From Candidatus Shapirobacteria bacterium (GTDB taxonomy: Bacteria > Patescibacteriota > Microgenomatia > UM-FILTER-40-11): 64,000 nt of DNA. The first letter of the stretch is position 1, and each line of letters begins with the position of its first letter. Below are positions 48,255-57,872 of the stretch, piece after piece. A model generated the notes under the pieces. The model saw only the letters and a program-made list of their open reading frames with translations. It was not told the origin of the DNA and ran no database searches. The stretch spans positions 242,511-306,510 of the forward strand of contig JAGVBK010000004.1 of NCBI GenBank assembly GCA_020059745.1. The letters run 5' to 3'. Both the position numbers and the translations under genes were made by a program.

Positions 48255-48883
48255 TGCCCCAAATTACGGCTATAAAGCTCCAGAAAAAAAATGACCGCTA
48301 CAATGTCTTTGTTGATGGCGAATTCCTTTTTTCTTTGCCTTCAGAAATTATTTTAAGAGAGAACCTCAAACAAGGGAGCACAATTTCTTCGGGAAAAATC
48401 CAAGAGCTTATTAAGGAAAGCGAGTTTGCAGCTGTTTTTGATAAAGTTTTAAGATTTCTTTCTTATCGTCCCCGCAGCTTTTTTGAAATTGAAGGCTATC
48501 TTGAAAAAAACAAAGTGGGCAAAGAAACCCAAAAGCTGGTTAAGAATAAGCTTGGCTCTCTTAAGCTGATTGACGATGAGGCTTTTGTACGCTGGTGGAT
48601 TGAACAAAGAACTAAGTTTCGTCCTAAAGGCCGATATTTTATTATTGCCGAGCTTAACCAGAAGGGAATTGCCAAGGACTTAATTGAAAAAGTTTTGCCT
48701 GAGGAAAGGACTAAAGATGACGAGCGAAGTGTTGCCCAAAAAATTGCCCTTAAAAAGCTTGAGAGAATAAAAAACCTGCCGGAAAACGAAAAAAAATTAA
48801 AACTTTATAGTGCTCTTTCCCAAAGAGGTTTTTCTTACGACATAATCAAGGAAATTGTTGATAAAGTCCTTGAAAAAGAGTAA
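48254..48883 (+). CDS. recX: RecA regulator RecX
   Basis: RecX-family helical-repeat protein immediately after recA with stop/start overlap. Confidence 0.85.
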   Translation: MPQITAIKLQKKNDRYNVFVDGEFLFSLPSEIILRENLKQGSTISSGKIQELIKESEFAAVFDKVLRFLSYRPRSFFEIEGYLEKNKVGKETQKLVKNKLGSLKLIDDEAFVRWWIEQRTKFRPKGRYFIIAELNQKGIAKDLIEKVLPEERTKDDERSVAQKIALKKLERIKNLPENEKKLKLYSALSQRGFSYDIIKEIVDKVLEKE

Positions 48884-49040
48884 AATTAACATACTTAAGG
48901 AAAAACTTATAGAAGAATAAGTAGAAAATGAAGAAACAAAGCAAAAACACAATTTTTCTTCTAAGACTTGCCCTCGAGGGGTGAGTTTCTTTTTGTTTTT
49001 CCAAGAGTTTTATATTTGAAGGATAATTATTGGAGGAAAA

Positions 49041-50549
49041 ATGTCACTCTTGGATAAAATTTCAGAACTCATAAAAAAGCAGCAGCAGCTTGAAAAAAGG
49101 CTGTCCCAGCTTGAAACAGGTAATCAAAAAGAGGCCGATTCTTCACCTAAGCCTTCCCGGGTTGACTTAACGGTTTACGAAACACAAGCGAGGGAGCTTT
49201 TAGCTCAAGCCAGGGAAGAAGCTTCAAAAATAAAAGAAGAAGCTTCAAAAATAAAAGAAGAGGCCTTAAGGCTTAAAAACGAATCTTTGCAAAAAGAAGT
49301 TGAGGTTGACCGGAAAGTTGGGGCAATTGAGGAAAGGGAAAGGCTTCTTAATGAACAGAAAAATGAACTTGAAAAAAGGGTTTCCGATCTTGAAGAAGCA
49401 AGAAAAGAGCAACTTCAGAGGCTTGAAAAAATTGCTTCCCTTACCAAGGACGAAGCTAAAAAACTAATCCTTGAGGCAACTGAAAAAAGGGTTAGTGACG
49501 AAATTGCTCAAAGAATTAGAGAGGGTGAAGAGGAAGTTAAGGCTACGGTTCAGGAAAAAGCTAAGGAAATATTGATTGAGGCGATGAAACACGGAGCAGT
49601 TGATTACACGGCCGAATACACTGTTTCTGCCATCAGGCTTCCTGACGAAGAAATGAAAGGAAGAATTATTGGAAAAGAAGGAAGAAATATTAGGGCCTTT
49701 GAGGTGGCTACCGGAGTTGAGGTTGAGCTTGACGAAAGCCTTGATATTAGGCTTTCTTCCTTTGATCCAATAAGAAGAGAAGTTGCCAAAAGATCGCTTG
49801 AAAAGCTGATAAAAGATGGTCGAATTCAACCTCAGCGGATTGAGGAAATTGTGACAAAAACAAAGCAGGAAGTGGAAAGAATACTTTTTGAAGAAGGCGA
49901 AAAGCTTTGCCGCGCCGTTAAGGTTTATAATCTGCACCCTGATCTAATAAAGCTTTTAGGAAGATATAAATTCCGTTTTTCTTATGGTCAAAATATGATC
50001 GTTCATACTCTTGAGGAAACAAAAATCGGGATTGCCATTGCCGACGAACTTGGCGCTGATGTGCCCATTGTCCGCTTAGCCTGTCTTCTTCACGATATTG
50101 GTAAAGTAGTTACCGACGAAGAAGGAAGCCATATTGAACTTGGTGTTGATCTTTTGAAAAAATACAGGATTCCTGAAAAAGTTATAAACTGTGTGGCTGA
50201 GCATCACGAAGATAGACCCTTTTCTTCAGTTGAATCAGCGATAGTTTGGATAGCTGATGCTATTTCCGGCTCCAGACCGGGAGCGAGATATGAGCCACAC
50301 GAAGATTATGTTAAAAGAATGACTGACATTGAAGAAATCGCCAAATCTTTCCCCGGCGTTGCCGAGGTCGCAGCTTATCAGGCAGGAAGGGAAGTGCGGG
50401 TGATTGTGGAACCGGAAAAAATTAATGACGCGGAAATGACGGTTTTAGTTGACAAAATTGTCAAAAAGCTTGAGGAAGAGGCGAAATGGGCCGGTCAGAT
50501 AAAAGTAACGGCTATCAGGGAAACAAGGTCCGTCGGCGTGGCTAAGTAA
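49041..50549 (+). CDS. rny: Ribonuclease Y
   Basis: KH domain (MKGRIIGKEGRNIRAFE) followed by an HD domain (LLHDIGK); N-terminal coiled coil. Confidence 0.9.
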   Translation: MSLLDKISELIKKQQQLEKRLSQLETGNQKEADSSPKPSRVDLTVYETQARELLAQAREEASKIKEEASKIKEEALRLKNESLQKEVEVDRKVGAIEERERLLNEQKNELEKRVSDLEEARKEQLQRLEKIASLTKDEAKKLILEATEKRVSDEIAQRIREGEEEVKATVQEKAKEILIEAMKHGAVDYTAEYTVSAIRLPDEEMKGRIIGKEGRNIRAFEVATGVEVELDESLDIRLSSFDPIRREVAKRSLEKLIKDGRIQPQRIEEIVTKTKQEVERILFEEGEKLCRAVKVYNLHPDLIKLLGRYKFRFSYGQNMIVHTLEETKIGIAIADELGADVPIVRLACLLHDIGKVVTDEEGSHIELGVDLLKKYRIPEKVINCVAEHHEDRPFSSVESAIVWIADAISGSRPGARYEPHEDYVKRMTDIEEIAKSFPGVAEVAAYQAGREVRVIVEPEKINDAEMTVLVDKIVKKLEEEAKWAGQIKVTAIRETRSVGVAK

Positions 50550-50592
50550 CATTGACTTTGCCTAGCAATTGCTATATCATAGCTGTAAGAAA

Positions 50593-50865
50593 ATGAAAAA
50601 AATTGATCTTATTGAAATTGTTGCCGATAAAGCCCATTTAACCAGAAAAGCTTCAAAAGAATCAATTGAAACTTTTCTTTCTGAAGTGGAGAAAGCACTA
50701 TCCAAAGGCGAAAAAGTTGTTATCTCCGGGTTTGGGACTTTTAAAAGTGTTTTGGTAAAAGATAAAGCGGTGATAAATCCCCAAACTAAACAAAAGCAAG
50801 TAGTTAAGTCCCATCGGGTAGCCCGCTTCACTCCGGGAAGAAGCCTCAAAAAATCAGTTAAATAA
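50593..50865 (+). CDS. hup: DNA-binding protein HU
   Basis: MKKIDLIEIVADKAHLTRKAS...GFGTFK...R.ARNP-like arm. Confidence 0.9.
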   Translation: MKKIDLIEIVADKAHLTRKASKESIETFLSEVEKALSKGEKVVISGFGTFKSVLVKDKAVINPQTKQKQVVKSHRVARFTPGRSLKKSVK

Positions 50866-50929
50866 ATTTCCCCAGTTTTGGTTGCTTATAAGCCTAAAAA
50901 GCTCTATTATGTTAGCAGCTTTAAGCTTT

Positions 50930-51916
50930 ATGGACTCTATAATTAATGTTTCAAATTTAAAAAAGTTTTATCAGGTGAGTAAACCTGAGCCTGGCCTTTT
51001 GGGCTCAATTAAGTCTTTAGTTAACCGCAAGTACGAAGAAGTAAAAGCAGTTGACGGAATTTCTTTCAAAATAAATGAAGGCGAGCTGGTTGGTTTTATC
51101 GGACCTAATGGTGCCGGCAAAACCACTACTCTTAAGTGTCTTTCCGGGCTTTTGCATTATGATTCCGGTTTTGTTTCTGTTTTTGGTTTTAATCCTTGGG
51201 AAAGAAAAGACGAATTTTTAAAACAAATTGCCCTGGTAATGGGTCAGAAAAATCAGCTTTGGTGGGATTTGCCTCCGATTGAAACTTTTAACCTCAATAA
51301 AGTTATTTATGAAATTCCGGAAAAAGAATATAAAGACAGCCTTGAAGAGCTTACCAGCCTTCTTGAAGTGAAGGATGTAATTAACATCCAAACCCGTAAG
51401 CTTTCTTTGGGCCAGAGAATGAAATGCGAACTAATTGCTTCTCTTTTGCATGGTCCCAAAGTGCTTTTTTTGGACGAGCCTACTATTGGTCTTGATGTTG
51501 TTTCTCAGAAAAAAATCAGAGACTTCATCAGAGCCTATAACCAAAAAATGAAATCAACCATTATTCTTACTTCTCATTACATGGACGATGTTAAAGAGCT
51601 ATGCAAAAGAATTGTCATTATTGATAAAGGCAGGCTGATTTTTGACGGCAAACTTGAAGAAGTAACAGCCAGGTTTGCGGACCACAAAATTATATCCGTG
51701 GTTTTTGCTAAAGACGTTGACCCAAAAAAACTTGAAAAAATAGGCCAGGTAAGAGAGTATTCATTTCCCAAAGCAGTATTTTTTGTCAAGAGGGAAGTGG
51801 CTTCTGTTGCTGCTTCTGAACTTTTGCAGAATTTTCCCATTGCCGACCTTAACATTGAAGAAGTGCCCATTGAAGACATTATCAGAGAGGTTTTTACCGG
51901 GAAAAATTTTGCATGA
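50930..51916 (+). CDS. ABC transporter ATP-binding protein (ABC-2 exporter type)
   Basis: Walker A GPNGAGKTT, signature LSLGQRMK, Walker B LFLDEP; the start is uncertain (alternatives at 50882 and 50909). Confidence 0.85.
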   Translation: MDSIINVSNLKKFYQVSKPEPGLLGSIKSLVNRKYEEVKAVDGISFKINEGELVGFIGPNGAGKTTTLKCLSGLLHYDSGFVSVFGFNPWERKDEFLKQIALVMGQKNQLWWDLPPIETFNLNKVIYEIPEKEYKDSLEELTSLLEVKDVINIQTRKLSLGQRMKCELIASLLHGPKVLFLDEPTIGLDVVSQKKIRDFIRAYNQKMKSTIILTSHYMDDVKELCKRIVIIDKGRLIFDGKLEEVTARFADHKIISVVFAKDVDPKKLEKIGQVREYSFPKAVFFVKREVASVAASELLQNFPIADLNIEEVPIEDIIREVFTGKNFA

Positions 51917-52713
51917 TAAAAAAATATGCTCAGATTTTCAAAATTACTTTTGAAGAATACTTTGCTTACCGCTTAAACTTCTTTTTGTGGCGCTTCAGAA
52001 ATTTTGTTTCTTTTTTTGCCTTAGTAATTTTTTGGTTAGCTATTTATGGTGTCGGAGAGAATGTTTTTGGTTACGAAAAGTCGCAGATGATTACCTACCT
52101 TATTGGCATTGCCTTTTTAAGAAGTTTGGTTTTAGCTTCCCGTTCATTTGAAATTTCAAGACACATCCGTCGGGGGGAGCTGAGTCGCTATCTTCTCTGG
52201 CCACTAAGTATTAACAGTTTTTGGTTTGGCCGGGATTTAGCTGATAAAAGCATTAATTTAATCTTTGCTTTTTTTGAAATTGGCCTAGTTATTTTGATTT
52301 TTAAGCTCAACCTTTATTTTCCTCAAAGCCCGGCTAATTGGATATTTTTTATTGTCCTTGTTTTGCTTTCTACCCTTCTTTACTATTTTTTAAGCTTTTG
52401 TATTTCCATTCTTGCTTTTTGGACTGAGGATGTTTGGGCTACCCGCTGGCTCTTAGGAATTATCTTTTTAGAGTTTTTGTCAGGAGCCTTCTTTCCTTTA
52501 GATATTCTTCCCGGCTGGCTCTCAAGGGTTGTTTATTTTACCCCTTTTCCTTATCTTGTTTTTTTTCCGCTTAAGATTTGGTTGGGTCAGGTAGCCATTG
52601 GGGAAAGCTTTAGAGTTTTGGCAATTACTATTTTTTGGCTGGGTCTTTTTTACTTTTTATCAAGCTATCTTTGGAAAAAAGGATTCAGAAAATATGGCGC
52701 TTATGGCGGATAA
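51913..52713 (+). CDS. ABC-2 family transporter permease
   Basis: Polytopic membrane protein following the ATPase with a stop/start overlap. Confidence 0.7.
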   Translation: MIKKYAQIFKITFEEYFAYRLNFFLWRFRNFVSFFALVIFWLAIYGVGENVFGYEKSQMITYLIGIAFLRSLVLASRSFEISRHIRRGELSRYLLWPLSINSFWFGRDLADKSINLIFAFFEIGLVILIFKLNLYFPQSPANWIFFIVLVLLSTLLYYFLSFCISILAFWTEDVWATRWLLGIIFLEFLSGAFFPLDILPGWLSRVVYFTPFPYLVFFPLKIWLGQVAIGESFRVLAITIFWLGLFYFLSSYLWKKGFRKYGAYGG

Positions 52714-53518
52714 AAAAATAAAAAAAATCAATTTAAAAAAACTTTTAAGAGTTTGGTTTGCAATTGCAAAGATTGCAGTCCAGGACCAAATGATAAGCAG
52801 TTTAAGCGGTTATCTGTTTTTAGTGGGAAAGATCTTTAGATTCCTTTTTCTTTTTGTTTTCCTTTTTTCCGTTCTTTCTGCCACTAAAACCCTTTCTGGT
52901 TATACCAGAGAGCAGGTGGTTGTCTTCTTTTTAGTTTTTTATCTTGTCGATACTATGTCCCAGTCTCTTTTCCGTGGAGTTTATTGGTTCAGGGCCTTAA
53001 TTGTCTCCGGGGACTATGATTTTGACTTGCTTAAACCCATGCCTTCTTTTTTTAGGCCGGTTTTTGGCTGGACAGATATTTTTGATCTTATTACCCTTTT
53101 TTTCCTTTTAGGTTATTTTGCTTGGTTTGCGGTAACAAGAGGTCTTGTTTCTGGTTTAGAAAGTGTTTTTCTTTTTACCCTTCTTTTTGTAAACAGCTTG
53201 GTAATTTCTTTTGGCATTCATCTTTTTGTTTGTGCGGTCGGTGTTTTAACAACTGAAATTGATCACCTTATTATGGTTTATCGCGATGTCAGCAACATGG
53301 CTCGCTTTCCCACTGATATTTATCCCCAGGGAATCAGGTTAATTCTTACTTTTGTTATCCCTGTAGTTGTTCTAATAACTGTACCGGCAAAGTCCATCCT
53401 TGGTCTTCTCTCTCTGCCATGGGTAATTATTTCGGTTTTACTCGCAGGGACTTTTCTTTATAGCTCTTTAAGATTTTGGAAATATGCCTTGGCAAAATAT
53501 TCAAGCGCCAGTTCGTAA
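52694..53518 (+). CDS. ABC-2 family transporter permease (second)
   Basis: Internal ATG (MALMADKK); the ORF track start at 52598 overlaps the previous gene. Confidence 0.65.
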   Translation: MALMADKKIKKINLKKLLRVWFAIAKIAVQDQMISSLSGYLFLVGKIFRFLFLFVFLFSVLSATKTLSGYTREQVVVFFLVFYLVDTMSQSLFRGVYWFRALIVSGDYDFDLLKPMPSFFRPVFGWTDIFDLITLFFLLGYFAWFAVTRGLVSGLESVFLFTLLFVNSLVISFGIHLFVCAVGVLTTEIDHLIMVYRDVSNMARFPTDIYPQGIRLILTFVIPVVVLITVPAKSILGLLSLPWVIISVLLAGTFLYSSLRFWKYALAKYSSASS

Positions 53519-53577
53519 GCTTCCGAGAAATTTATGAAAAGAAGCGAAAAGGACGCTTGGCTGATATAATAAGTGCC

Positions 53578-54657
53578 ATGAAATATTTCATCAAGACCTT
53601 CGGCTGCCAGATGAATGTGGCTGATTCGGAAAGGATCAGCGGTTGGTATCAACAAAAAGGCTGGCAAGAAGCAGGAGAGGTTAGCGAAGCCGACGAGGTG
53701 ATAATTAATTCCTGTTCGGTGAGACAAAGCGCTGAAAACAGGGTTTATGGCTTGGTTAATAACCTTTCAAAATTAAAAAGAAAGCCAAAAATTATTTTAA
53801 CAGGCTGCATGCTTCGGCTGCCTAAAAGAGTTTTAATAAAAAAACTACCGGCAGTTGACGAATTTAGGCCAATAAAGGATTTTTATTCAGGTTTTCCGTT
53901 AAGAAAAGATAAAAACCATGCCTGGATACCGATATCAAACGGTTGTAACAACTTCTGCACTTACTGTGTGGTACCTTATGCCAGGGGAAAAGAGATTTCC
54001 AGGCCCCTTGAGGAAATCGTTTGTGAAGTAGAAGAATTGGTAAATAGGGGGTATAAAGAAATCACCCTTTTGGGTCAAAACGTCAACAGTTACGGTAAAG
54101 ATTTAAAGAATTTTCAATTTTCAATTGACAATTTTCATTCAATTCCGCAATTATTAAATTTTCAAACAAAATATGAAACACCGTTCGCAATTTTACTTGA
54201 AGTGCTTCATCAAATAGAAGGAGTTGGAAAAATCTCTTTTATTACCTCAAACCCTTGGGATCTTAATGACGAAATTATTGAAGCAATTAGTTTGCCTAAA
54301 ATTGACCGCAATCTTCACCTTCCCGTTCAGTCGGGTGATGATGAAATTCTAAAAAAAATGAATCGCAAATACACTAAAAAAAAGTATCTTGACCTTGTTA
54401 AAAAAATTAAAAAGAAAATTCCCGAGATAAAAATAAGCACCGATATTATTGTTGGTTTTCCCGGAGAAACTGAAGAGCAGTTTATGGAAAGCGTTAAACT
54501 GGCTAAAAAGGTAGGTTTTGACAAGGCGTATATTGCCATTTACTCGCCCAGAGAAGGAACAGCCGCCTTTAAGCTAAAAGATAATATCTCTTTTAGAGAA
54601 AAGAAAAAAAGGTGGAAGATTCTTGATGAGCTTATTAATCATAATAGAACTTTTTAA
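53578..54657 (+). CDS. MiaB/RimO-family radical SAM methylthiotransferase (appears to lack a TRAM domain)
   Basis: MTTase N-terminal domain (MKYFIKTFGCQMN) plus radical SAM CNNFCTYC; the protein ends soon after the radical SAM domain. Confidence 0.8.
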   Translation: MKYFIKTFGCQMNVADSERISGWYQQKGWQEAGEVSEADEVIINSCSVRQSAENRVYGLVNNLSKLKRKPKIILTGCMLRLPKRVLIKKLPAVDEFRPIKDFYSGFPLRKDKNHAWIPISNGCNNFCTYCVVPYARGKEISRPLEEIVCEVEELVNRGYKEITLLGQNVNSYGKDLKNFQFSIDNFHSIPQLLNFQTKYETPFAILLEVLHQIEGVGKISFITSNPWDLNDEIIEAISLPKIDRNLHLPVQSGDDEILKKMNRKYTKKKYLDLVKKIKKKIPEIKISTDIIVGFPGETEEQFMESVKLAKKVGFDKAYIAIYSPREGTAAFKLKDNISFREKKKRWKILDELINHNRTF

Positions 54658-54670
54658 ACAATCAATTTAA

Positions 54671-55633
54671 ATGACTAATTCATTTGATAAGATTGGCGTT
54701 ATTTGCGGGCCAACCGCTACCGGAAAAACAAATCTGGCCATTAAACTGGCAAAAATATTTAAAGGAGAAATAATTTCAGCTGACTCAAGACAAGTTTACC
54801 GGCAGATGGATATTATTACCGGAAAGGATTTACCCAGGGGCTCAAAGTTTAATCTTATTTTTGAAGACAAAAAAAGAAGGGTTGGCTATTATCTTTTTGA
54901 GGGTATCCCGGTTTGGCTTCTTGATGTTGTCTCTCCAAAACAAAGATTTAGCGCGGCTGACTTTTACGAGCTTTCTTTAAAGGTTATTGAGATAATTCTT
55001 GGTAAAAGGAAACTGCCGATTATTGCCGGCGGAACTGGTTTTTATATTAAAACTATAACTGACAATATTGAAACCCTTGGTATTCCTCCGGATTGGAAGC
55101 TGCGGGAAAAACTGTCTTCTTATTCTGCCGTTACGCTTCTTAAAATCCTGGACAACCTGGATCCTGAGCGTAGCAGAAGGATGAATGAAAGTGATAAAAA
55201 AAATCCTAGAAGACTGGTTAGGGCAATTGAAATAAGCAAAAACCCAAAAATTAAAAAAGAATCAAAAAAATTTGATTTCTATTTAGCTGGTTTAAAGGCA
55301 TCAAACAGTTTTCTTTATGAAAAAATTGACCAAAGAGTGGAGGAAAGAGTTTCCAGTGGAGCCGAAGATGAGGTTAAATCTCTTTTAAAAAAAGGGTATC
55401 ACTGGTCGAATTCAGCTTTGGGAACAACCATTGGTTATAAAGAATGGAGAGGTTGTTTTGAGAATAAAGAAAAAAAAGGAGAGGTGATAAAAAAATGGAA
55501 ATTTGCCGAGCATGAATATGCCAGAAAGCAGTTAACCTGGTTTAAAAAAATAGCGAACCTGTCATGGTATTTAATTTCCGAAGAAGGTTGGCAAGAAAGT
55601 CTAGAAAAAGATTTTAAAGATTGGTATAGTTAA
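54671..55633 (+). CDS. miaA: tRNA dimethylallyltransferase
   Basis: P-loop GPTATGKT and ISADSRQVYRQMDIITGK motif. Confidence 0.9.
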   Translation: MTNSFDKIGVICGPTATGKTNLAIKLAKIFKGEIISADSRQVYRQMDIITGKDLPRGSKFNLIFEDKKRRVGYYLFEGIPVWLLDVVSPKQRFSAADFYELSLKVIEIILGKRKLPIIAGGTGFYIKTITDNIETLGIPPDWKLREKLSSYSAVTLLKILDNLDPERSRRMNESDKKNPRRLVRAIEISKNPKIKKESKKFDFYLAGLKASNSFLYEKIDQRVEERVSSGAEDEVKSLLKKGYHWSNSALGTTIGYKEWRGCFENKEKKGEVIKKWKFAEHEYARKQLTWFKKIANLSWYLISEEGWQESLEKDFKDWYS

Positions 55634-55636
55634 ATC

Positions 55637-56617
55637 ATGCCAAAAAAGATTGAAATTTCGCACAGGACAATTATTTTTACAGCAGCTTTTGTTTTGGGCT
55701 TATGGTTTCTTTATCTTATAAGATCTATTCTTCTTGTTGTCTTTGTTGCCTTTATTTTAATGTTTTCTTTAAATCCTTCTGTCAAAAAACTGGAGAGGCT
55801 CGGAATGTCTCGCTGGCTTGGCATTTTAATTATTTATATTTTATCTTTGGCGATATTGATTTTAACTATCAGCGGCATTGTTCCTCCTTTGGTGGAGCAA
55901 ACTTCAAAATTGATTAACCAAATTCCCGAGTTTTTCACCCAGTTTAGAATTTTAGGAATTGACGAAACGGTGATTGCTTCCCAACTAAGCCAGTTTGCTT
56001 CCTTGCCGACCAATATCATCAGGTTTTTGCTTAATGTGTTTTCTAATGTTTTAAGCGTTCTTGCTTTAGCGGTAATTACATATTACTTGCTTTTGGAAAG
56101 AAGAAGAATGGACGAGCATCTGACTCTTTTGTTTGGTGAAAGTCGCGAAAAGGAAATAGAAAAAGTGATAGACGGTATTGAGGCAAGGTTGGGTGGTTGG
56201 GTCAGAGGCGAGCTTTTGCTGATGACTTTTGTGGGAATAATAACCTACATTGGCTATACAATTATTGGTTTGCCCTTTGCCCTTCCATTAGCAATTCTGG
56301 CTTTTTTGCTCGAACTTTTGCCAAATGTCGGGCCTACTGTTGCTGCTATTCCAGCTATCCTTATCGGTTTTACCATTTCGCCGCTTACCGCCTTGGCCGC
56401 CGCAGGCTGGGCTTTTTTAGTTCAACAGGTTGAAAACTCAATTTTGGTGCCAAGGATTATGGAGAAAACTGCCCATATTAATCCGCTAATTTCTCTTATT
56501 TCCCTCGCTATTGGCTTTGAGCTTGCCGGGGTTGGCGGTGCGATTCTGGCAATTCCCACTTATCTTACCGTGGAAACTATCGCCAGGAAGGTTTTTTCTT
56601 CAGAAAAGTTTAAATAA
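55637..56617 (+). CDS. AI-2E family transporter (PerM/UPF0118)
   Basis: Eight-TM architecture with family-typical segments. Confidence 0.75.
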   Translation: MPKKIEISHRTIIFTAAFVLGLWFLYLIRSILLVVFVAFILMFSLNPSVKKLERLGMSRWLGILIIYILSLAILILTISGIVPPLVEQTSKLINQIPEFFTQFRILGIDETVIASQLSQFASLPTNIIRFLLNVFSNVLSVLALAVITYYLLLERRRMDEHLTLLFGESREKEIEKVIDGIEARLGGWVRGELLLMTFVGIITYIGYTIIGLPFALPLAILAFLLELLPNVGPTVAAIPAILIGFTISPLTALAAAGWAFLVQQVENSILVPRIMEKTAHINPLISLISLAIGFELAGVGGAILAIPTYLTVETIARKVFSSEKFK

Positions 56618-56621
56618 TAAA

Positions 56622-56959
56622 GGTTAAAGATTCGTAAGCCAGATTCTGTTTAGGAAACATCTATCTTTGCTCTTGCCCCAACTCTCGGGAAAGCATCCTT
56701 AAAAACGAGTTGGCCGAAGATTGCAGCGGGGAGGATTGCCCCACTTTGCTAAAGCTTCGCGGGGCAAGCCCCTCTTACTCTAGACGAAGTGCACCCAGTA
56801 GCTTGGTCGTTTCACCCGGCGTCACCCGGATCGTCACTGTTGCTCTTACTAGGTCCGGTGTAACACCGGACTTCCCGATTTGCATCGGGACACCCTGCTT
56901 TCTGCTGTCTGGACTTTCCTGCCCGGTGTAACACCGGACTAATTTCCCGATCTTTAACC
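56622..56959 (-). ncRNA. rnpB: RNase P RNA (bacterial type)
   Basis: Minus-strand sense has P4 5' strand AGGAAAGTCC and P4 3' strand ACAGAATCTGGCTTA, GCAACAG, GGGTGAAA, TAGATG elements; 5' GGTTAAAGATCGG pairs with 3' CGAATCTTTAACC (P1). Confidence 0.8.
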
Positions 56960-56999
56960 AGCCTTGATTATACCAAAAAATGAGGGTAAAATCAATTCT

Positions 57000-57767
57000 A
57001 TGAGCTTTTTTAAAGCCCTTTTTTTAGCTTTGGTTCAAGGCTTAACTGAGTTTTTGCCGGTTTCCTCTTCTGGTCATTTGGTTCTTTTTCAGAAACTTAT
57101 GAACTTTGGCACTCCTCCTGTTTTTTTTGATGTTCTTTTGCATTTCGGCACCTTGGGGTCAATTCTGGTATTTTTCAGAAAAGAAATTTTAGCGATTGTT
57201 AAAAACCCTGAAAAAAACAGGAAATTGATTTGCCTTATTTTTATCGGTTCAGTGCCTGCTGCAACTTTTGGTTTTATTCTAAGCAGCTATCTTGAAGAAG
57301 TTTTTGATTCACTTTTTTTTACCGGTTCGGCCTGGATTCTCGGAGGGGTAATTATTGTTTCTACTTTTTTTGTCGGTAAAAGGAGTAAGGAAAAAGAAAT
57401 GAACTTTAAAGATGCCTTTTTTATCGGTCTTTTTCAAGCTCTAGCTCTTTTTCCTGGAATTTCCCGTTCAGGAACAACCATAAGCAGCGGTCTTTTTAGA
57501 AATCTAAGTAGAGATCAGGTTTTTAATTTTTCTTTTCTTCTTGCTATTCCGGCAATTATCGGAGCCACCGGACTTCAGGCTTTAGAGGCTGATTATTCTC
57601 AGTTTTTTTCTTTTGTTAATATTTTTTCAATGGTTCTTGCCGGCATTATTGGCTATCTTGCCCTTTTTTTATTAAAAAAAGTGCTTGTTAAAGAAAAGTT
57701 TTACTATTTTGGCTTTTACTGCCTTTTTTTAGGGGCAGGGGTTTTAATTTTTTCCCTTTTTAAGTGA
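57000..57767 (+). CDS. uppP: Undecaprenyl-diphosphatase
   Basis: MSFFKALFLALVQGLTEFLPVSSSGH N-terminus characteristic of BacA/UppP; the ORF track's ttg start at 56964 is less likely. Confidence 0.9.
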   Translation: MSFFKALFLALVQGLTEFLPVSSSGHLVLFQKLMNFGTPPVFFDVLLHFGTLGSILVFFRKEILAIVKNPEKNRKLICLIFIGSVPAATFGFILSSYLEEVFDSLFFTGSAWILGGVIIVSTFFVGKRSKEKEMNFKDAFFIGLFQALALFPGISRSGTTISSGLFRNLSRDQVFNFSFLLAIPAIIGATGLQALEADYSQFFSFVNIFSMVLAGIIGYLALFLLKKVLVKEKFYYFGFYCLFLGAGVLIFSLFK

Positions 57768-57872
57768 AGAAAATTAGCAATATTCATTTCCTTCTTTTTT
57801 TTTGTTTTTTTATCAAGAATTCTTTTATTAAGCAAATCCCCGGCTTTTTTTGACAGCCCTGAATATCTCTCC

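Noticed and set aside
48930-49000. Palindrome ccctcgaggg followed by a T-rich run after recX
   Set aside because: The stem is too short (3-5 bp) for a confident terminator call.
56710-56931. 73-aa + ORF between the AI-2E transporter and uppP
   Set aside because: The region is RNase P RNA on the minus strand (P4 strands and P1 pairing identified), so the ORF is spurious.
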